DNA from: a virus
Taxonomy: Duplodnaviria > Caudoviricetes
Reading direction: 5' to 3' (one strand)
Virus record (IMG/VR): IMGVR_UViG_3300002835_000006
Length of the DNA: 64,000 bases
In this document: positions 9,629 through 20,000 of the stretch, in pieces
Layout: every line of letters starts with the position of its first letter
Position numbering within the stretch: the first letter of the stretch is position 1
The notes under the pieces: model-generated
Database searches by the model: none
Seen by the model: only the letters and a program-made list of their open reading frames with translations
Told to the model about the DNA's origin: nothing
Translations under genes and position numbers: made by a program

Positions 9629-9940
9629 TGAAAGAATATACCAAGTATCTCTTATAAATTTAAATTCAACACAGGCGAACTTATCTAAATCAACCTCATC
9701 GTATTCTTCATCAATCCTATTGATATCAGGTTTCACTTTGAGATTTGTCATCGATTTAACAACAACGTGGTCTGAGGTCATAGAGTCCAAAGTCAAAGTT
9801 GCGTTTGGTACACCTCTCACAACAATCACCGCTTCTCCGTTTACTTTGTAGTCTTTTTCAGTAACGACAGCGCTGTCTGAGGTCTCTATTGCAAACCCAT
9901 TTATTATTCTTTTTGATGGTATATTTTTAACTATTGCCAT
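9605..9940 (-). CDS. Hypothetical beta-rich protein, probably virion-associated
   Basis: 111-aa ORF coupled to the neck gene (shared base 9940); overlaps the polymerase stop convergently by 24 nt. Confidence 0.6.
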   Translation of the reverse strand: MAIVKNIPSKRIINGFAIETSDSAVVTEKDYKVNGEAVIVVRGVPNATLTLDSMTSDHVVVKSMTNLKVKPDINRIDEEYDEVDLDKFACVEFKFIRDTWYILSSDGLKNS

Positions 9941-11067
9941 TAGATTACGTATATTTGACGAGGCATTGCTCTGAATTTCATTTGTTTATTTAAATTTTCA
10001 GCAATTTGAGCTTCCCTTTCCATTACCTTTTCGGGTCTCAATCTCGTAAGCCATCCCTCTGCACCAATCAATTCTTCTAATAGCTTTGTTTTCTCATCTT
10101 TAGCTTCTGTTTGAAGTATTTGATAGTCCATCGTCAATTCTGAATCAGGAGTTTTCAGGTTTCCGCTATACTTACCTCTAACTCTCGATAAAGTTTCTTT
10201 TGCATATGCTGTAAACCATCTTCTAACCCATTGTTGGCCAGGTACATTCAGTTCTTCCCAACTCAATTCAGAAATAGGAACATCTGTTGGTAATTTTATA
10301 ATATCGGGATTAGCTTTCAAACAATTAGCTCTGTCATCAGGACCAACGTCATAATACCAATACCATACGGCTTTACCTTCATACAAGCTGTAGTTATTCC
10401 AATTAAAACGACCTCCAGGGGTATTATAAAGGAATATATTTTTCTTTCCATCAGGTAAACCTGTGATTCTGTATGTTAGGGAACCTCCCAAAATTCTATT
10501 CAGGATGTTGGCTTCTTGCATTCTAATGAGATAATCAAACCCACTCATCATAAAGTAAGAACCTTGATATCCCATCTGTGCGTATCCTGCTTCATTTGCG
10601 CCCAAACCAATTCCACCGAAACCAAATCCACCTATACCACCTAATCCGAATGCTGTCCACGGTTGATTGGAAAACCATAAAAGTTCATTCACTTCTCTAC
10701 CGGCAGGGATTTCATAGTTTTGTTTGTTTCTCTCTAAAACAAAATAATCTTTCTTCAGGACCCAAGGTCCCATAGTTTGTAGACCAACTATCTTTGAGTA
10801 TGAATATGCGAATTGTTGTTCAAAATCCATCGTTCTTGTCACCAAAGCCCTTGCCACTGATTTCTCATTCATGTTCAGATTTACAAGGTTTACCCATTGA
10901 CTATCAATCAACCATTGAAGAACATACTCTTCATAATCTCCAATAGATAATTCCATTAAAGAATCTAACATTTCATCCGTCAATTCAACACTTCTTAAAG
11001 GTGCCCCTAATTGATGTTTGATTCTTGTATATATTCTACTTCTTTCTGGTTCAGGAATTACTGACAT
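9940..11067 (-). CDS. Neck / head-tail connector protein (T4 gp13-like)
   Basis: N-terminal IKHQLGAPLRSVELTDEML and C-terminal AYAKETLSRVRGKY...MDYQIL..EA motifs. ATG at 11067 (track start TTG 11073). Confidence 0.7.
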   Translation of the reverse strand: MSVIPEPERSRIYTRIKHQLGAPLRSVELTDEMLDSLMELSIGDYEEYVLQWLIDSQWVNLVNLNMNEKSVARALVTRTMDFEQQFAYSYSKIVGLQTMGPWVLKKDYFVLERNKQNYEIPAGREVNELLWFSNQPWTAFGLGGIGGFGFGGIGLGANEAGYAQMGYQGSYFMMSGFDYLIRMQEANILNRILGGSLTYRITGLPDGKKNIFLYNTPGGRFNWNNYSLYEGKAVWYWYYDVGPDDRANCLKANPDIIKLPTDVPISELSWEELNVPGQQWVRRWFTAYAKETLSRVRGKYSGNLKTPDSELTMDYQILQTEAKDEKTKLLEELIGAEGWLTRLRPEKVMEREAQIAENLNKQMKFRAMPRQIYVI

Positions 11068-11083
11068 AGACAAGTTTTATTAT

Positions 11084-11090
11084 ATAAATA
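11084..11090 (-). promoter_or_regulatory. TATTTAT candidate late promoter (minus strand)
   Basis: ATAAATA on the plus strand in the short gap upstream of the neck gene. Confidence 0.6.
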
Positions 11091-12584
11091 TCATACTAAG
11101 GTATAAATCAAACTACTCACGGGGAATATGTAAACGTTACTGCCAAAGGTTGTGGCATTATTTTCTAAAATTACGGTTTCAAACTTATTTGTGAAAATCA
11201 TCCAATCTTGTTCGTATGGTAAAATTTTACCAGTTGTTTCTACGTAAACTAAATCATCTTCTATTTTGTAACTTGTAAGAGGTTTAATTTGGAAAGTGTT
11301 TATTTTTTCATTTTTTATAATTTGACCATCTAATCCTTGGTTGTCACTTTCAGCGCCAAACCCACTTTTGATATCAACGTTTTCTTTTCCGAATTCTTTT
11401 TCTAATCTTGTTTTTGTTTGATTTTCTACCTTGTCCCCTTTGGTTTTACTATTACCTAAATTGGACATAATTTTCTGAAAAAAGGGGGAGTCTTCAACAA
11501 AAATTTTGTTTGAATATTTTTTCAAAATAGAGGTCAGTTTTTTCACCGCCATGACCTGTTCTTTGGGAGTTCTATTCTGAAAATGAATTATTTCATGATT
11601 ATTATCTTTTAACAATCTGTTTACACTTTTGGTGATTAAACAAAAAGCTCTGTAGTTACCAGCCAAAAAACTAATATTGTGTCTTTCTCCATTTTTATAA
11701 AATCCTTGCATTATATTGTTTTCAGGGTCTTTGGGTTTGAATTCTAACCAGTCCACTTGTTTCAACGCGGCATAAATTCCCATACCATACAACTTACTTA
11801 TTTCGTTGTCTTTCATTAGGTTCTGAAAAAATTTCTCATCTTCGGTTGTACAATCCACAATATAAGATTTACCTTCAGTCATTATTTGTTTGGAAATTTT
11901 ATTTTCTAAAAGTTTTGTTTGAGTCTTCAGTTCGAACAATTTACTAACAAAATCCCAATTTACGACTTTCCAAAAATTTGAAATATATTCATCTCTTTTG
12001 TTCTTATATTTCAGATAGTAAGCATGTTCCCATAGGTCAAGACCCAACAAAGGAAATCCCCCACCCTCTATAACATTCATTAGTGGATTGTCTTGATTTG
12101 GAGTTGACATTATTTTGAGTTTGTTGTTTTTTGTTAAAACCAACCAAACCCAACCTGAACCAAATCTTTCTTTAGCGGTTTGTTCAAACTTCTTCTTGAA
12201 GTTGGAAAATGTTTTGAACTCAGAAAAAATTTTCTTTTGTAATTCTCCTTTGAGTCTGACTGGGGTCGGGGTGAGCATATTCCAAAATAATGCGTGGTTG
12301 AATGCTCCACCTGCGTTGTTTCTTATTGTTTTGTCGTATCTACTTATGTTTTTTATAATTTTTTCTAAATCCCAATCACCCATTTTCTTTTTCGAGAGTG
12401 CCTGATTTAGTTTGTCTACGTATCCCTTATAATGTTTATTATAATGAAAATCCATAGTTTCGGCATCAATAAAGGGTTTCAGTGCTGAGTAGGAGTATGG
12501 TAATTTTTCAATTCCGATTTTTTTCATTTCCTCAATCAATATTTGTCTTTGTGATTCGGAGTTGTTTTTGTTTTCTGTGTTCAT
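11091..12584 (-). CDS. sodA: Fe/Mn superoxide dismutase (Mn/cambialistic signature) fused to a ~260-aa C-terminal region
   Basis: LPYSYSAL.P, HYNKH, NNAGGAFNH, FGSGWVWL, NQDNP and DLWEHAYY; all four metal ligands appear present. Confidence 0.9.
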   Translation of the reverse strand: MNTENKNNSESQRQILIEEMKKIGIEKLPYSYSALKPFIDAETMDFHYNKHYKGYVDKLNQALSKKKMGDWDLEKIIKNISRYDKTIRNNAGGAFNHALFWNMLTPTPVRLKGELQKKIFSEFKTFSNFKKKFEQTAKERFGSGWVWLVLTKNNKLKIMSTPNQDNPLMNVIEGGGFPLLGLDLWEHAYYLKYKNKRDEYISNFWKVVNWDFVSKLFELKTQTKLLENKISKQIMTEGKSYIVDCTTEDEKFFQNLMKDNEISKLYGMGIYAALKQVDWLEFKPKDPENNIMQGFYKNGERHNISFLAGNYRAFCLITKSVNRLLKDNNHEIIHFQNRTPKEQVMAVKKLTSILKKYSNKIFVEDSPFFQKIMSNLGNSKTKGDKVENQTKTRLEKEFGKENVDIKSGFGAESDNQGLDGQIIKNEKINTFQIKPLTSYKIEDDLVYVETTGKILPYEQDWMIFTNKFETVILENNATTFGSNVYIFPVSSLIYTLV

Positions 12585-12596
12585 CAAGTTTTTTCT

Positions 12597-12603
12597 ATAA
12601 ATA
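12597..12603 (-). promoter_or_regulatory. TATTTAT candidate late promoter (minus strand)
   Basis: ATAAATA in the 22-nt gap between the SNF2 stop and the SOD start. Confidence 0.6.
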
Positions 12604-12609
12604 ATGAGA

Positions 12610-14358
12610 TTATCTCATTTCGTTGATTCTTTGGAGAATTTCTTCCACGTAGTCTGCGGAATTGTTGTTGTCACCCATCACTGTGGCGATGACGTGTTTT
12701 TTCTTATTTAATATGTCGTATATGATTCCCTCAATAGTATTTTCAAATATTGGGTAATAAACTAGTACATTACTTTTTTGTCCGTATCTGTAAGCTCTGT
12801 CTTCTGCTTGTGAGTGGTCTGAGGGTAAAAAGGATAAATCGTTCATAATTACAGCTTCAGCGGCAGTCAAAGTAATACCAACGCCGGCTGCTTTTATGTT
12901 ACCGACAAAAACTTTTATCTTATCATTTTCTTGGAATTGGTCTACTGAAAATTGTCTTTCCGCTTTGGACATGGAACCATCTAGTTTGACCGCCGTCTTC
13001 CCGAAATGTTCCAAAATTTTGTTTAGGGAATTTGTAAAATTACAGAAAATTATAACTTTCTTATCTTGTTCGATTATATTTTCTGCAAGTTCTATTGTTT
13101 GGGTTATTTTTTCATCTGCAATAATTTGTCTTACCTTAGTGAGTTTTGTAAATTGAACGGTCAAAGATTTAGACTCTTCAGGATTTTTCTCATACCAATT
13201 ATAGTATTCACCCATCACCTCTTCATATTCTTTTGACTTCAGTCTTAAATAAATTGGTGTGATAATTTTATCAGGTAAATCAAGTACGTCTTCTTTTAAT
13301 CTTCTAAGTGTAAGGTTCGAAGTTCTATCTCTCAGTTCTTCTAAGTTTGAGGCTCCCATAACATTCCATACTTTCCGTGGTCCAACCCTAAATTGATATC
13401 CACTACAATATCTTATAACGTAAGCCATCCAATTTTTGGCAACGGGTGAGTCAACCAAACTCAATAGATTATAATAATCAATTGGTCTTGATGTCATGGG
13501 GGTACCTGTCAATAACCAAATCCTATCTACCTTTTTTACTATATCATTTATAAGCTTTGTTCTTTGTGCTTGAGCATTCTTGATATAGTGTGCCTCATCA
13601 ACAATAACCAAATCAAAATTGGCGCTAATAATTTGCGATTCATCTTTTCTTTTAGTGTCATGGAAGTTCTTTATTATATCGTAGTTTATTATTACAAAAT
13701 CGTTATTAGGGTCAAAGTTTTTACCTTCAGCTATATAGATAGATTTATCTGAATAATTTTCGATTTCACGCTTCCAGTTTATCTTCAAGGTTGCGGGACA
13801 AATTATCAAAACCTTTTTAGCCCCACATTCCAAAGCCGCTATTATAGTTGAGGTGGTCTTTCCTAACCCCATATCATCCGCTAGAATGTATTTCTTATTT
13901 TCTACTAATTTTTGAATTGCTTCTCTTTGGTGAGATAGTGGTGGTCGATTAGAATACTTATCAAAATCTAAAACAACGTCTTTCACTGTGTTGTCTTTAA
14001 TCATAGCCGCTTTTGGAATCCAAAACTCGTTGAGTTGGTCTGTTTCAAAAAACCTACCCCAAATGTGATATGCCTTTTCCTTTTCAGCTAATAGTTTTTC
14101 TACCCAAATTTTTTCGGGAATTTGGTGTAGTAATTTATCGTCTGCAAATTTTTGAGCAAAGTAAGCATCGAGTACAACCCATTTTTTTGCGACTTTGGGT
14201 TGTTTATCAAAATTGTTTATTATATATTCAGCCTGACTTCTTGTTGGGTAAAACTTTTTATTCACCTCGGATTTTCTTTTAAGTTCCAAGATGTAGTTAT
14301 TAGCCCCGCTATAGGTTTCTAATAATGAAATTGCTTTTGATTCTAAAGTATTCGACAA
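12610..14358 (-). CDS. SNF2-family (SMARCAL1/HARP-like) helicase
   Basis: LADDMGLGKT, DEAH, LLTGTP, RRLKEDVL and QAEDRAYRYGQ motifs. Confidence 0.9.
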   Translation of the reverse strand: MSNTLESKAISLLETYSGANNYILELKRKSEVNKKFYPTRSQAEYIINNFDKQPKVAKKWVVLDAYFAQKFADDKLLHQIPEKIWVEKLLAEKEKAYHIWGRFFETDQLNEFWIPKAAMIKDNTVKDVVLDFDKYSNRPPLSHQREAIQKLVENKKYILADDMGLGKTTSTIIAALECGAKKVLIICPATLKINWKREIENYSDKSIYIAEGKNFDPNNDFVIINYDIIKNFHDTKRKDESQIISANFDLVIVDEAHYIKNAQAQRTKLINDIVKKVDRIWLLTGTPMTSRPIDYYNLLSLVDSPVAKNWMAYVIRYCSGYQFRVGPRKVWNVMGASNLEELRDRTSNLTLRRLKEDVLDLPDKIITPIYLRLKSKEYEEVMGEYYNWYEKNPEESKSLTVQFTKLTKVRQIIADEKITQTIELAENIIEQDKKVIIFCNFTNSLNKILEHFGKTAVKLDGSMSKAERQFSVDQFQENDKIKVFVGNIKAAGVGITLTAAEAVIMNDLSFLPSDHSQAEDRAYRYGQKSNVLVYYPIFENTIEGIIYDILNKKKHVIATVMGDNNNSADYVEEILQRINEMR

Positions 14359-14369
14359 ATTAAATTTTG

Positions 14370-14735
14370 TTAAAATTGGACACCATTTCCATAATCAATG
14401 AAAAGTTCTTCACCAACTTGGATTTTTCTCAGAGATTTGAAAACAAAAACGTTTCTTTCAGTGTCTGATTCCCAACTTACGTTCGGCATTTCACTATGGT
14501 TGTAATACGACCCGTATCCTGTAACCAAAACATGATTCACCCAATTTTCTGATTTAGGCCAACAAAAAGCGTAATTTTGGAAAAAGGGTAATTTTTCTTG
14601 TCTTCGGTGTGGGAAGAGTAAAAATGGGCAAGTGTCAATAATTTCATTATATTGTATCTCTTCGGAACAAAAAACACCCAACCCATGAGTTGTACTGTCT
14701 TTGAGATATATTTTTTTTGGTGGTCTTATTTCCAT
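14370..14735 (-). CDS. SET-domain protein-lysine methyltransferase
   Basis: HGLGVF, GSYYNHS..PN and GEELFIDYG motifs. Confidence 0.9.
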   Translation of the reverse strand: MEIRPPKKIYLKDSTTHGLGVFCSEEIQYNEIIDTCPFLLFPHRRQEKLPFFQNYAFCWPKSENWVNHVLVTGYGSYYNHSEMPNVSWESDTERNVFVFKSLRKIQVGEELFIDYGNGVQF

Positions 14736-14778
14736 GGTTTATGAAAAATTTTTGCTTGTAATATAATAAAACTTAAAC

Positions 14779-14785
14779 TATTTAT
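14779..14785 (+). promoter_or_regulatory. TATTTAT candidate late promoter
   Basis: In the divergent gap, 6 nt before the ATG at 14792. Confidence 0.6.
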
Positions 14786-14791
14786 CAATAT

Positions 14792-15304
14792 ATGCAAAAA
14801 TTAGTTCCGATAACAAGATTAGGTAAGTTCTTTGGTGGGGAAGATTATTCTTTGGATATTGATATGGGTGAGGAGTGGTTGATTGGTGATATGAACTTCA
14901 CTGTTGTATTATACAGAATTGATAGATACAAAACTAAAACTGATGATGTATATGGTGAGGTACTTGAGGACGGCATTCAATTTATGGCACCTGTTGAACT
15001 TAAAGGTTTGGTTCAAATATTGGCACCAACCAACAAATTGCTTGGTAACTCTAGGGTAAAACAACAGGAACCTGGTAACATGAAATTTTCTGTTTATCAA
15101 AAAACTTTGGATGATGTACAAGTCGAAGTGAACATGGGAGATTATTTAGGGTATTATGAAACGGAAGACAGAGTCAGATATTACACTGTAATAAATGACG
15201 GAAGAGTAAAATCAGACAATAAACACACATACGCTGGTTACAAGCCTTTCTATAGAACAATAGAGGCAACTTGGGTAAGTGAAAACGAATTTAGAGGAAT
15301 ATAA
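14792..15304 (+). CDS. Head-closure / neck protein (T4 gp14-like)
   Basis: VVLYRID..KT..DDVYGE motif, beta-rich 170 aa, located upstream of the tail terminator and sheath. Confidence 0.55.
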   Translation: MQKLVPITRLGKFFGGEDYSLDIDMGEEWLIGDMNFTVVLYRIDRYKTKTDDVYGEVLEDGIQFMAPVELKGLVQILAPTNKLLGNSRVKQQEPGNMKFSVYQKTLDDVQVEVNMGDYLGYYETEDRVRYYTVINDGRVKSDNKHTYAGYKPFYRTIEATWVSENEFRGI

Positions 15305-15714
15305 TGAAATTGATAATTACAGAGTCACAATTTGACTCATTATTTATGGGACAAAGAGTTATGGTCTACTATAACTTGAACAGGGAGACATTTTCAATTT
15401 CATATTTGGGAAAGGTTATAATGCATGCTGACTACGTTAGATTGAAAGACGTTGAGTTCAGAGTTAGACCAGGTGGAAAAGAAAGAGTTAGAGATGAGAA
15501 AAGAAAAAATGTACATGCTTTTGTCATAGGTACACTTTTGGATTTTTGTGAATTTCCTTGTGATAGAATTGAGGAACCTTATAGTGATTTGATTGTGACC
15601 TATAATCCATATGTGAATGATACATTCGTACTCAAAGGTACAGACAAGCCAGTTTATTTTGCAGAAGAAGTTGAAATGGTGAATATGAAAAATAAAATTT
15701 ACATAACTCAGTAA
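15304..15714 (+). CDS. Conserved phage hypothetical protein (VYYNL...KNVHAFV family) with an MKLIITESQ leader
   Basis: Intact 136-aa ORF with TAATG coupling and a recognisable phage motif. Confidence 0.6.
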   Translation: MKLIITESQFDSLFMGQRVMVYYNLNRETFSISYLGKVIMHADYVRLKDVEFRVRPGGKERVRDEKRKNVHAFVIGTLLDFCEFPCDRIEEPYSDLIVTYNPYVNDTFVLKGTDKPVYFAEEVEMVNMKNKIYITQ

Positions 15715-15715
15715 G

Positions 15716-16756
15716 ATGCCATTACCTAAACAAGTTAAACCAACTTTACCGTTAGTTCCAAAAAAAACTTTGTATTCTAGAAGAGAAGAACTTTTGGAAT
15801 ATATAAACAAAGATGGAACTTATTTACCAAAGTCAGTTTTACATGCGGACTTAGACAGAGGTATGTTGGACTTTGTTAAAAACGAATTGAAAGTAGTGAC
15901 CGCTGGTAAGACAATCCCTGTTTTAGATATTATACTCACTACACAAAACTGGTCTCAATATGTTGAAACTTGGAAGTTTGTAGATTTAGATAATAATCCT
16001 GAACCTCCTTTCGTTACCGTTGTAAGAACCCCCGAAGTGAAGTACGGTACCAATCCGGCTCTTAGATGGAATATACCGAATAGAAAACAATTTTATTATG
16101 CGTCAGTTCCCACTTGGGATGGAAACATGCAGGGTATGGATATATACACAATCCCACAACCCGTTCCTGTAGATGTTACTTATTCTGTGAAAATAATTTG
16201 TAACAGGATGAGAGAGTTGAATCAACTGAACAAAAATGTTTTACAAACTTTTGCATCAAGACAGGCATATACTTTCATTAAAGGTCAGTATGTTCCTATA
16301 ATAATGCAGAATATTTCGGATGAGTCTCAACTCAATATTGATTCTAGAAAATTTTATATTCAATCATATGAGTTCATTATGTTAGGATATTTGATAGACG
16401 AAGAAGAATTCCAAGTCAAACCCGCCATACAAAGAATGGCTCAGGTTTTTGAAATTGATGGTAGTAATCTTGGTAGGAGAAGAGAAGTTTGGCCAAAGTC
16501 ACCACAATCATTCCCATCTGAACTTTTGTTTGTTGTGGGTAATACAACTTTGACCGATAAAATTTATTTCACCGCGGACATGAAAATTATAAATCTCACG
16601 AACGTTGACTCTTACGATGTTTATATAAATGGTGATTTTTATGGAACGAACGTTCCTTTGATTCAGGTAACCAACCAAGATATACTGGAAGTAATTGTTG
16701 TAAAACTTGATAATACTAAAGATGCTGTTATAGGTTTGGAAAACAGTCTATTTTAA
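15716..16756 (+). CDS. Tail terminator / tail completion protein (T4 gp15-like)
   Basis: Position before the sheath; PVPVDVTYSVKI...NQL pattern; extra C-terminal beta domain. Confidence 0.55.
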   Translation: MPLPKQVKPTLPLVPKKTLYSRREELLEYINKDGTYLPKSVLHADLDRGMLDFVKNELKVVTAGKTIPVLDIILTTQNWSQYVETWKFVDLDNNPEPPFVTVVRTPEVKYGTNPALRWNIPNRKQFYYASVPTWDGNMQGMDIYTIPQPVPVDVTYSVKIICNRMRELNQLNKNVLQTFASRQAYTFIKGQYVPIIMQNISDESQLNIDSRKFYIQSYEFIMLGYLIDEEEFQVKPAIQRMAQVFEIDGSNLGRRREVWPKSPQSFPSELLFVVGNTTLTDKIYFTADMKIINLTNVDSYDVYINGDFYGTNVPLIQVTNQDILEVIVVKLDNTKDAVIGLENSLF

Positions 16757-16914
16757 TTCTCTCCGTATATATCTTTCTTTTCTTTACACTTTTCTATTAT
16801 CAAGTTTTCCAAAAACTTATAAATTTTTATTCCCCTTTTTTCACAATAGGTTTTTAGTAAATCGTGGACAGCAGGGTCTATTTTGATATTCTTTATTTCT
16901 CGTTTCTTTTTCAT
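16753..16914 (-). CDS. Ribbon-helix-helix (CopG/Arc-like) DNA-binding protein, 53 aa, absent from the ORF track
   Basis: Translated by hand: MKKKREIKNIKIDPAVHDLLKTYCEKRGIKIYKFLENLIIEKCKEKKDIYGEN*. The KNIKID strand followed by two amphipathic helices fits the RHH pattern. Confidence 0.75.
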   Translation of the reverse strand: MKKKREIKNIKIDPAVHDLLKTYCEKRGIKIYKFLENLIIEKCKEKKDIYGEN

Positions 16915-16924
16915 GGTAGAAAAA

Positions 16925-16944
16925 AGGTAGAATTTATTCTGCCT
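16925..16944. promoter_or_regulatory. Imperfect palindrome, candidate operator
   Basis: AGGTAGAAT-TT-ATTCTGCCT (9-bp arms, 1 mismatch), 10 nt upstream of the RHH start in the divergent RHH/sheath gap. Confidence 0.45.
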
Positions 16945-16992
16945 ACTATCAAATAGATATTATAAATCAAAGTTTTTTCATAATTATTAGAA

Positions 16993-16999
16993 TATTTAT
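16993..16999 (+). promoter_or_regulatory. TATTTAT candidate late promoter
   Basis: Upstream of the tail sheath ATG at 17034. Confidence 0.6.
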
Positions 17000-17033
17000 C
17001 AGTAAAATAAATCTGCAATAGAATAATTTAATA

Positions 17034-20000
17034 ATGGCAACAGCACAAGTAAATCAAAAAGTATATGTGTCACCTGGTGTCTACACTTCTGAGACCGACT
17101 TATCGTTCGTAGCTCAGAGTGTGGGGGTAACAACATTAGGTCTCGTAGGAGAGACAATAAAAGGTCCAGCATTTGAACCCATCTTCATTACAAATTACGA
17201 CGAGTTCCAAGCCTATTTCGGTGGCACTGAACCGGTAAAATTTGTAAACACTCAGATACCAAAGTATGAAGCTGCTTATATAGCCAAATCTTACTTACAA
17301 CAATCAAATCAACTTTTTGTTACAAGGGTATTGGGATTATCAGGTTATGACGCGGGTCCTTCTTGGTCAATCACAACTATTGCAAACGTAGACCCTACAA
17401 CCGTTGACTCAACCGGTACGACTTCGTTTACAAATACATTTACAGCAACAACGGCTACCGTGACTGTTTGGGGTAACACCTTCCCTACAGAAGTATCAAA
17501 TGATTTTACAACTCAATATATCTTATCTAATGGAAACACTTCCACTTACCAAGCGAGTTTAGACAACTATATACAACAAGTCTTAGGTGATAACACTTTG
17601 AGTGCAACATCATCTTATTTTTATGGTTCTGTACCTGATGCAGATTATAATAGTATCACATCAACTTACAGTAGTACTAACAATGCGTTCGGAGTAAATA
17701 ATTTAAATTTAGCGTTCAATGACCTAAGTTCATCGGACAATGATACATGGTTCTATGCAACATTTGACCCAGGAGCTAATAATTCTTATGATGGTTATTC
17801 TTGGGATTTCTACATAAATGATATACAGGATATTGGTTCAGGTACCTTTACAGGTTCTGTTTCAGGAAACATATATAATTTCTCGGGTACTGCTTATCCT
17901 GATTATAATAACATGGTTGTTGCAACCTTGAGGTCGAGAGGTATTTCTTTATATACAAATAATTCAGGTCCAAATCATGGTCCAATATACGAAGTTACAG
18001 GTTCGACAGACTTAGATATGATTTGTACAAATCAATATTCAGGTGTCACACAAGACCCATTTGCAACTTTCTTACTTAGTGGTGTAACAAGAGATGGTAA
18101 TACATTTTCATTTGAGAATTCATTACTTACTACCTCATCACAATTTATCACAAAAGTTTTAGGAGTGAGTAACTTTGATAAACCAAGATTTGAGACTCCT
18201 ATTTTTGTTGAAGAGTTGTATGCAGGTTCTTTAGAATATGCTTACAACCAAAGTTATATCCGTGGCTTAAATTGTAATATGGTTGCTTTGGACTCGGCTA
18301 GAAGTTTGGCTTCAGATTCTATTGCTTGGAAATTACAAAGATATCAATCACCAAAATCACCTTTCTTAGTTTCAGAACTTAGAGGTAATAAGGTTTATAA
18401 CTTATTTAGATTTATTTCGATTTCAGATGGTGATGCGGCTAACACAGAGGTGAAGATTTCAATTGCAAATCTTTCTTTTGACAACATGACTTTTGATGTT
18501 TTGGTAAGACAGTTTTTTGATACAGATGCTAATCCTATCGTAATTGAAAAATTCCAAAACTGCGTTTTAGACCCAGCAAGTAATAATTTTATCGCTAAAA
18601 AAATTGGTTCTCAGGATGGGGAATACGCATTGATTTCAAGATATATTATGGTTGAAATGGCTGAGAATGCTCCAGTAGACGCACTTCCTTGTGGATTCAA
18701 TGGTTATTCTCAAAGAATCTATGGAAGTACAGCGGTTCAAGCACCAATGATTTTCTATAAGACAAAATACAATTTCCCTCAAGAGGTAGTTCTTGACCCA
18801 CCTTTTGGTTCTGCTGCAGGTGGTGCAAATACGGTTACTTCTCCTGGTGACGTTGTTCGTAGAACTTATCTCGGTATGTCATCCTCTTACTTATTTACTA
18901 TTGAGGATGCGTTCTTGCAATACTTAGGTCAAAAGAATCCTGTTGTTGGTTTTTGTACCGCAACTGAATCGGCACCTTGGAACGGTTTAACTAAAGGTTT
19001 CCACTTGGACTCAGGTGCTACGGTGGTGACTATTGGTAATGAGTTCACAACAAGTGGTCAAACAGCATTCGAATGTGGTGTTGCTGATTTCACTTCTAAT
19101 CCAAGTAGTCAGGATAATCCATATTATTTTATTTACTCTAGAAAGTTCACACTTTGTATGGCGGGTGGTTTTGACGGTTGGGACATCTATGAAGAAAGAA
19201 GGACTAATGAAGATAGATTCGCTTTAGGTGGTACTGGTTACTTGGCAGGAGCTTGTACTTCGGCAAGATATCCAACAGCAACTGGTTTCGGTACTTTCAA
19301 AAATATCACCGTTGATGCTGACAGTCAGTCATTTGCAAATACAGACTATTACGCATATCTTCTTGGTATTCTTACTTTTGCAAATCCAGAATCTACAAAT
19401 ATAAATGTTTTTGCAACTGCAAGTATCGATTACGTTTATAACCAAACTCTTGTAGAAGCAGCAATAGATATGATTCAGTTCCAAAGAGCTGACTCAATTT
19501 ACATTGTCACTACCCCTGACTATAACATGTTACTACCAGATTCAACAGACCAAAATCAAATCATTTACCCACAAACAGCGGTAGACAATCTTGATAATAC
19601 AGGTATTGATTCTAACTACACCGCAACTTATTATCCATGGATTTTAGTAAGAGATACTGTGAATAATACACAAATCTATATCCCACCAACAGGTGAAGTA
19701 TGTAGAAACTTAGCTCTTACAGATAACATTTCTTTCCCATGGTTTGCATCGGCTGGTTACACAAGAGGTTTAGTAAACTCAATCAAGGCGAGAGTAAAAC
19801 TTACTCAACAAGATAGAGATACACTTTATCAAGGTAGAATCAACCCAATTGCGACATTCGCTGACGTAGGAACTGTAATTTGGGGTAATAAAACCCTCCA
19901 AGTTGCTGACACAGCTTTGAACAGATTGAATGTAAGAAGATTGTTGTTACAAGCTCGTAAGTTGATTTCAGCTGTAGCAGTGAGATTGTTATTTGAACAA

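Noticed and set aside
1789-14735. Eukaryotic or giant-virus origin suggested by GT60, SNF2, SET and SOD
   Set aside because: Sheath, tube, tape measure, gp25/gp6 baseplate genes, bacterial terminators and TAATG-coupled operons identify a tailed bacteriophage.
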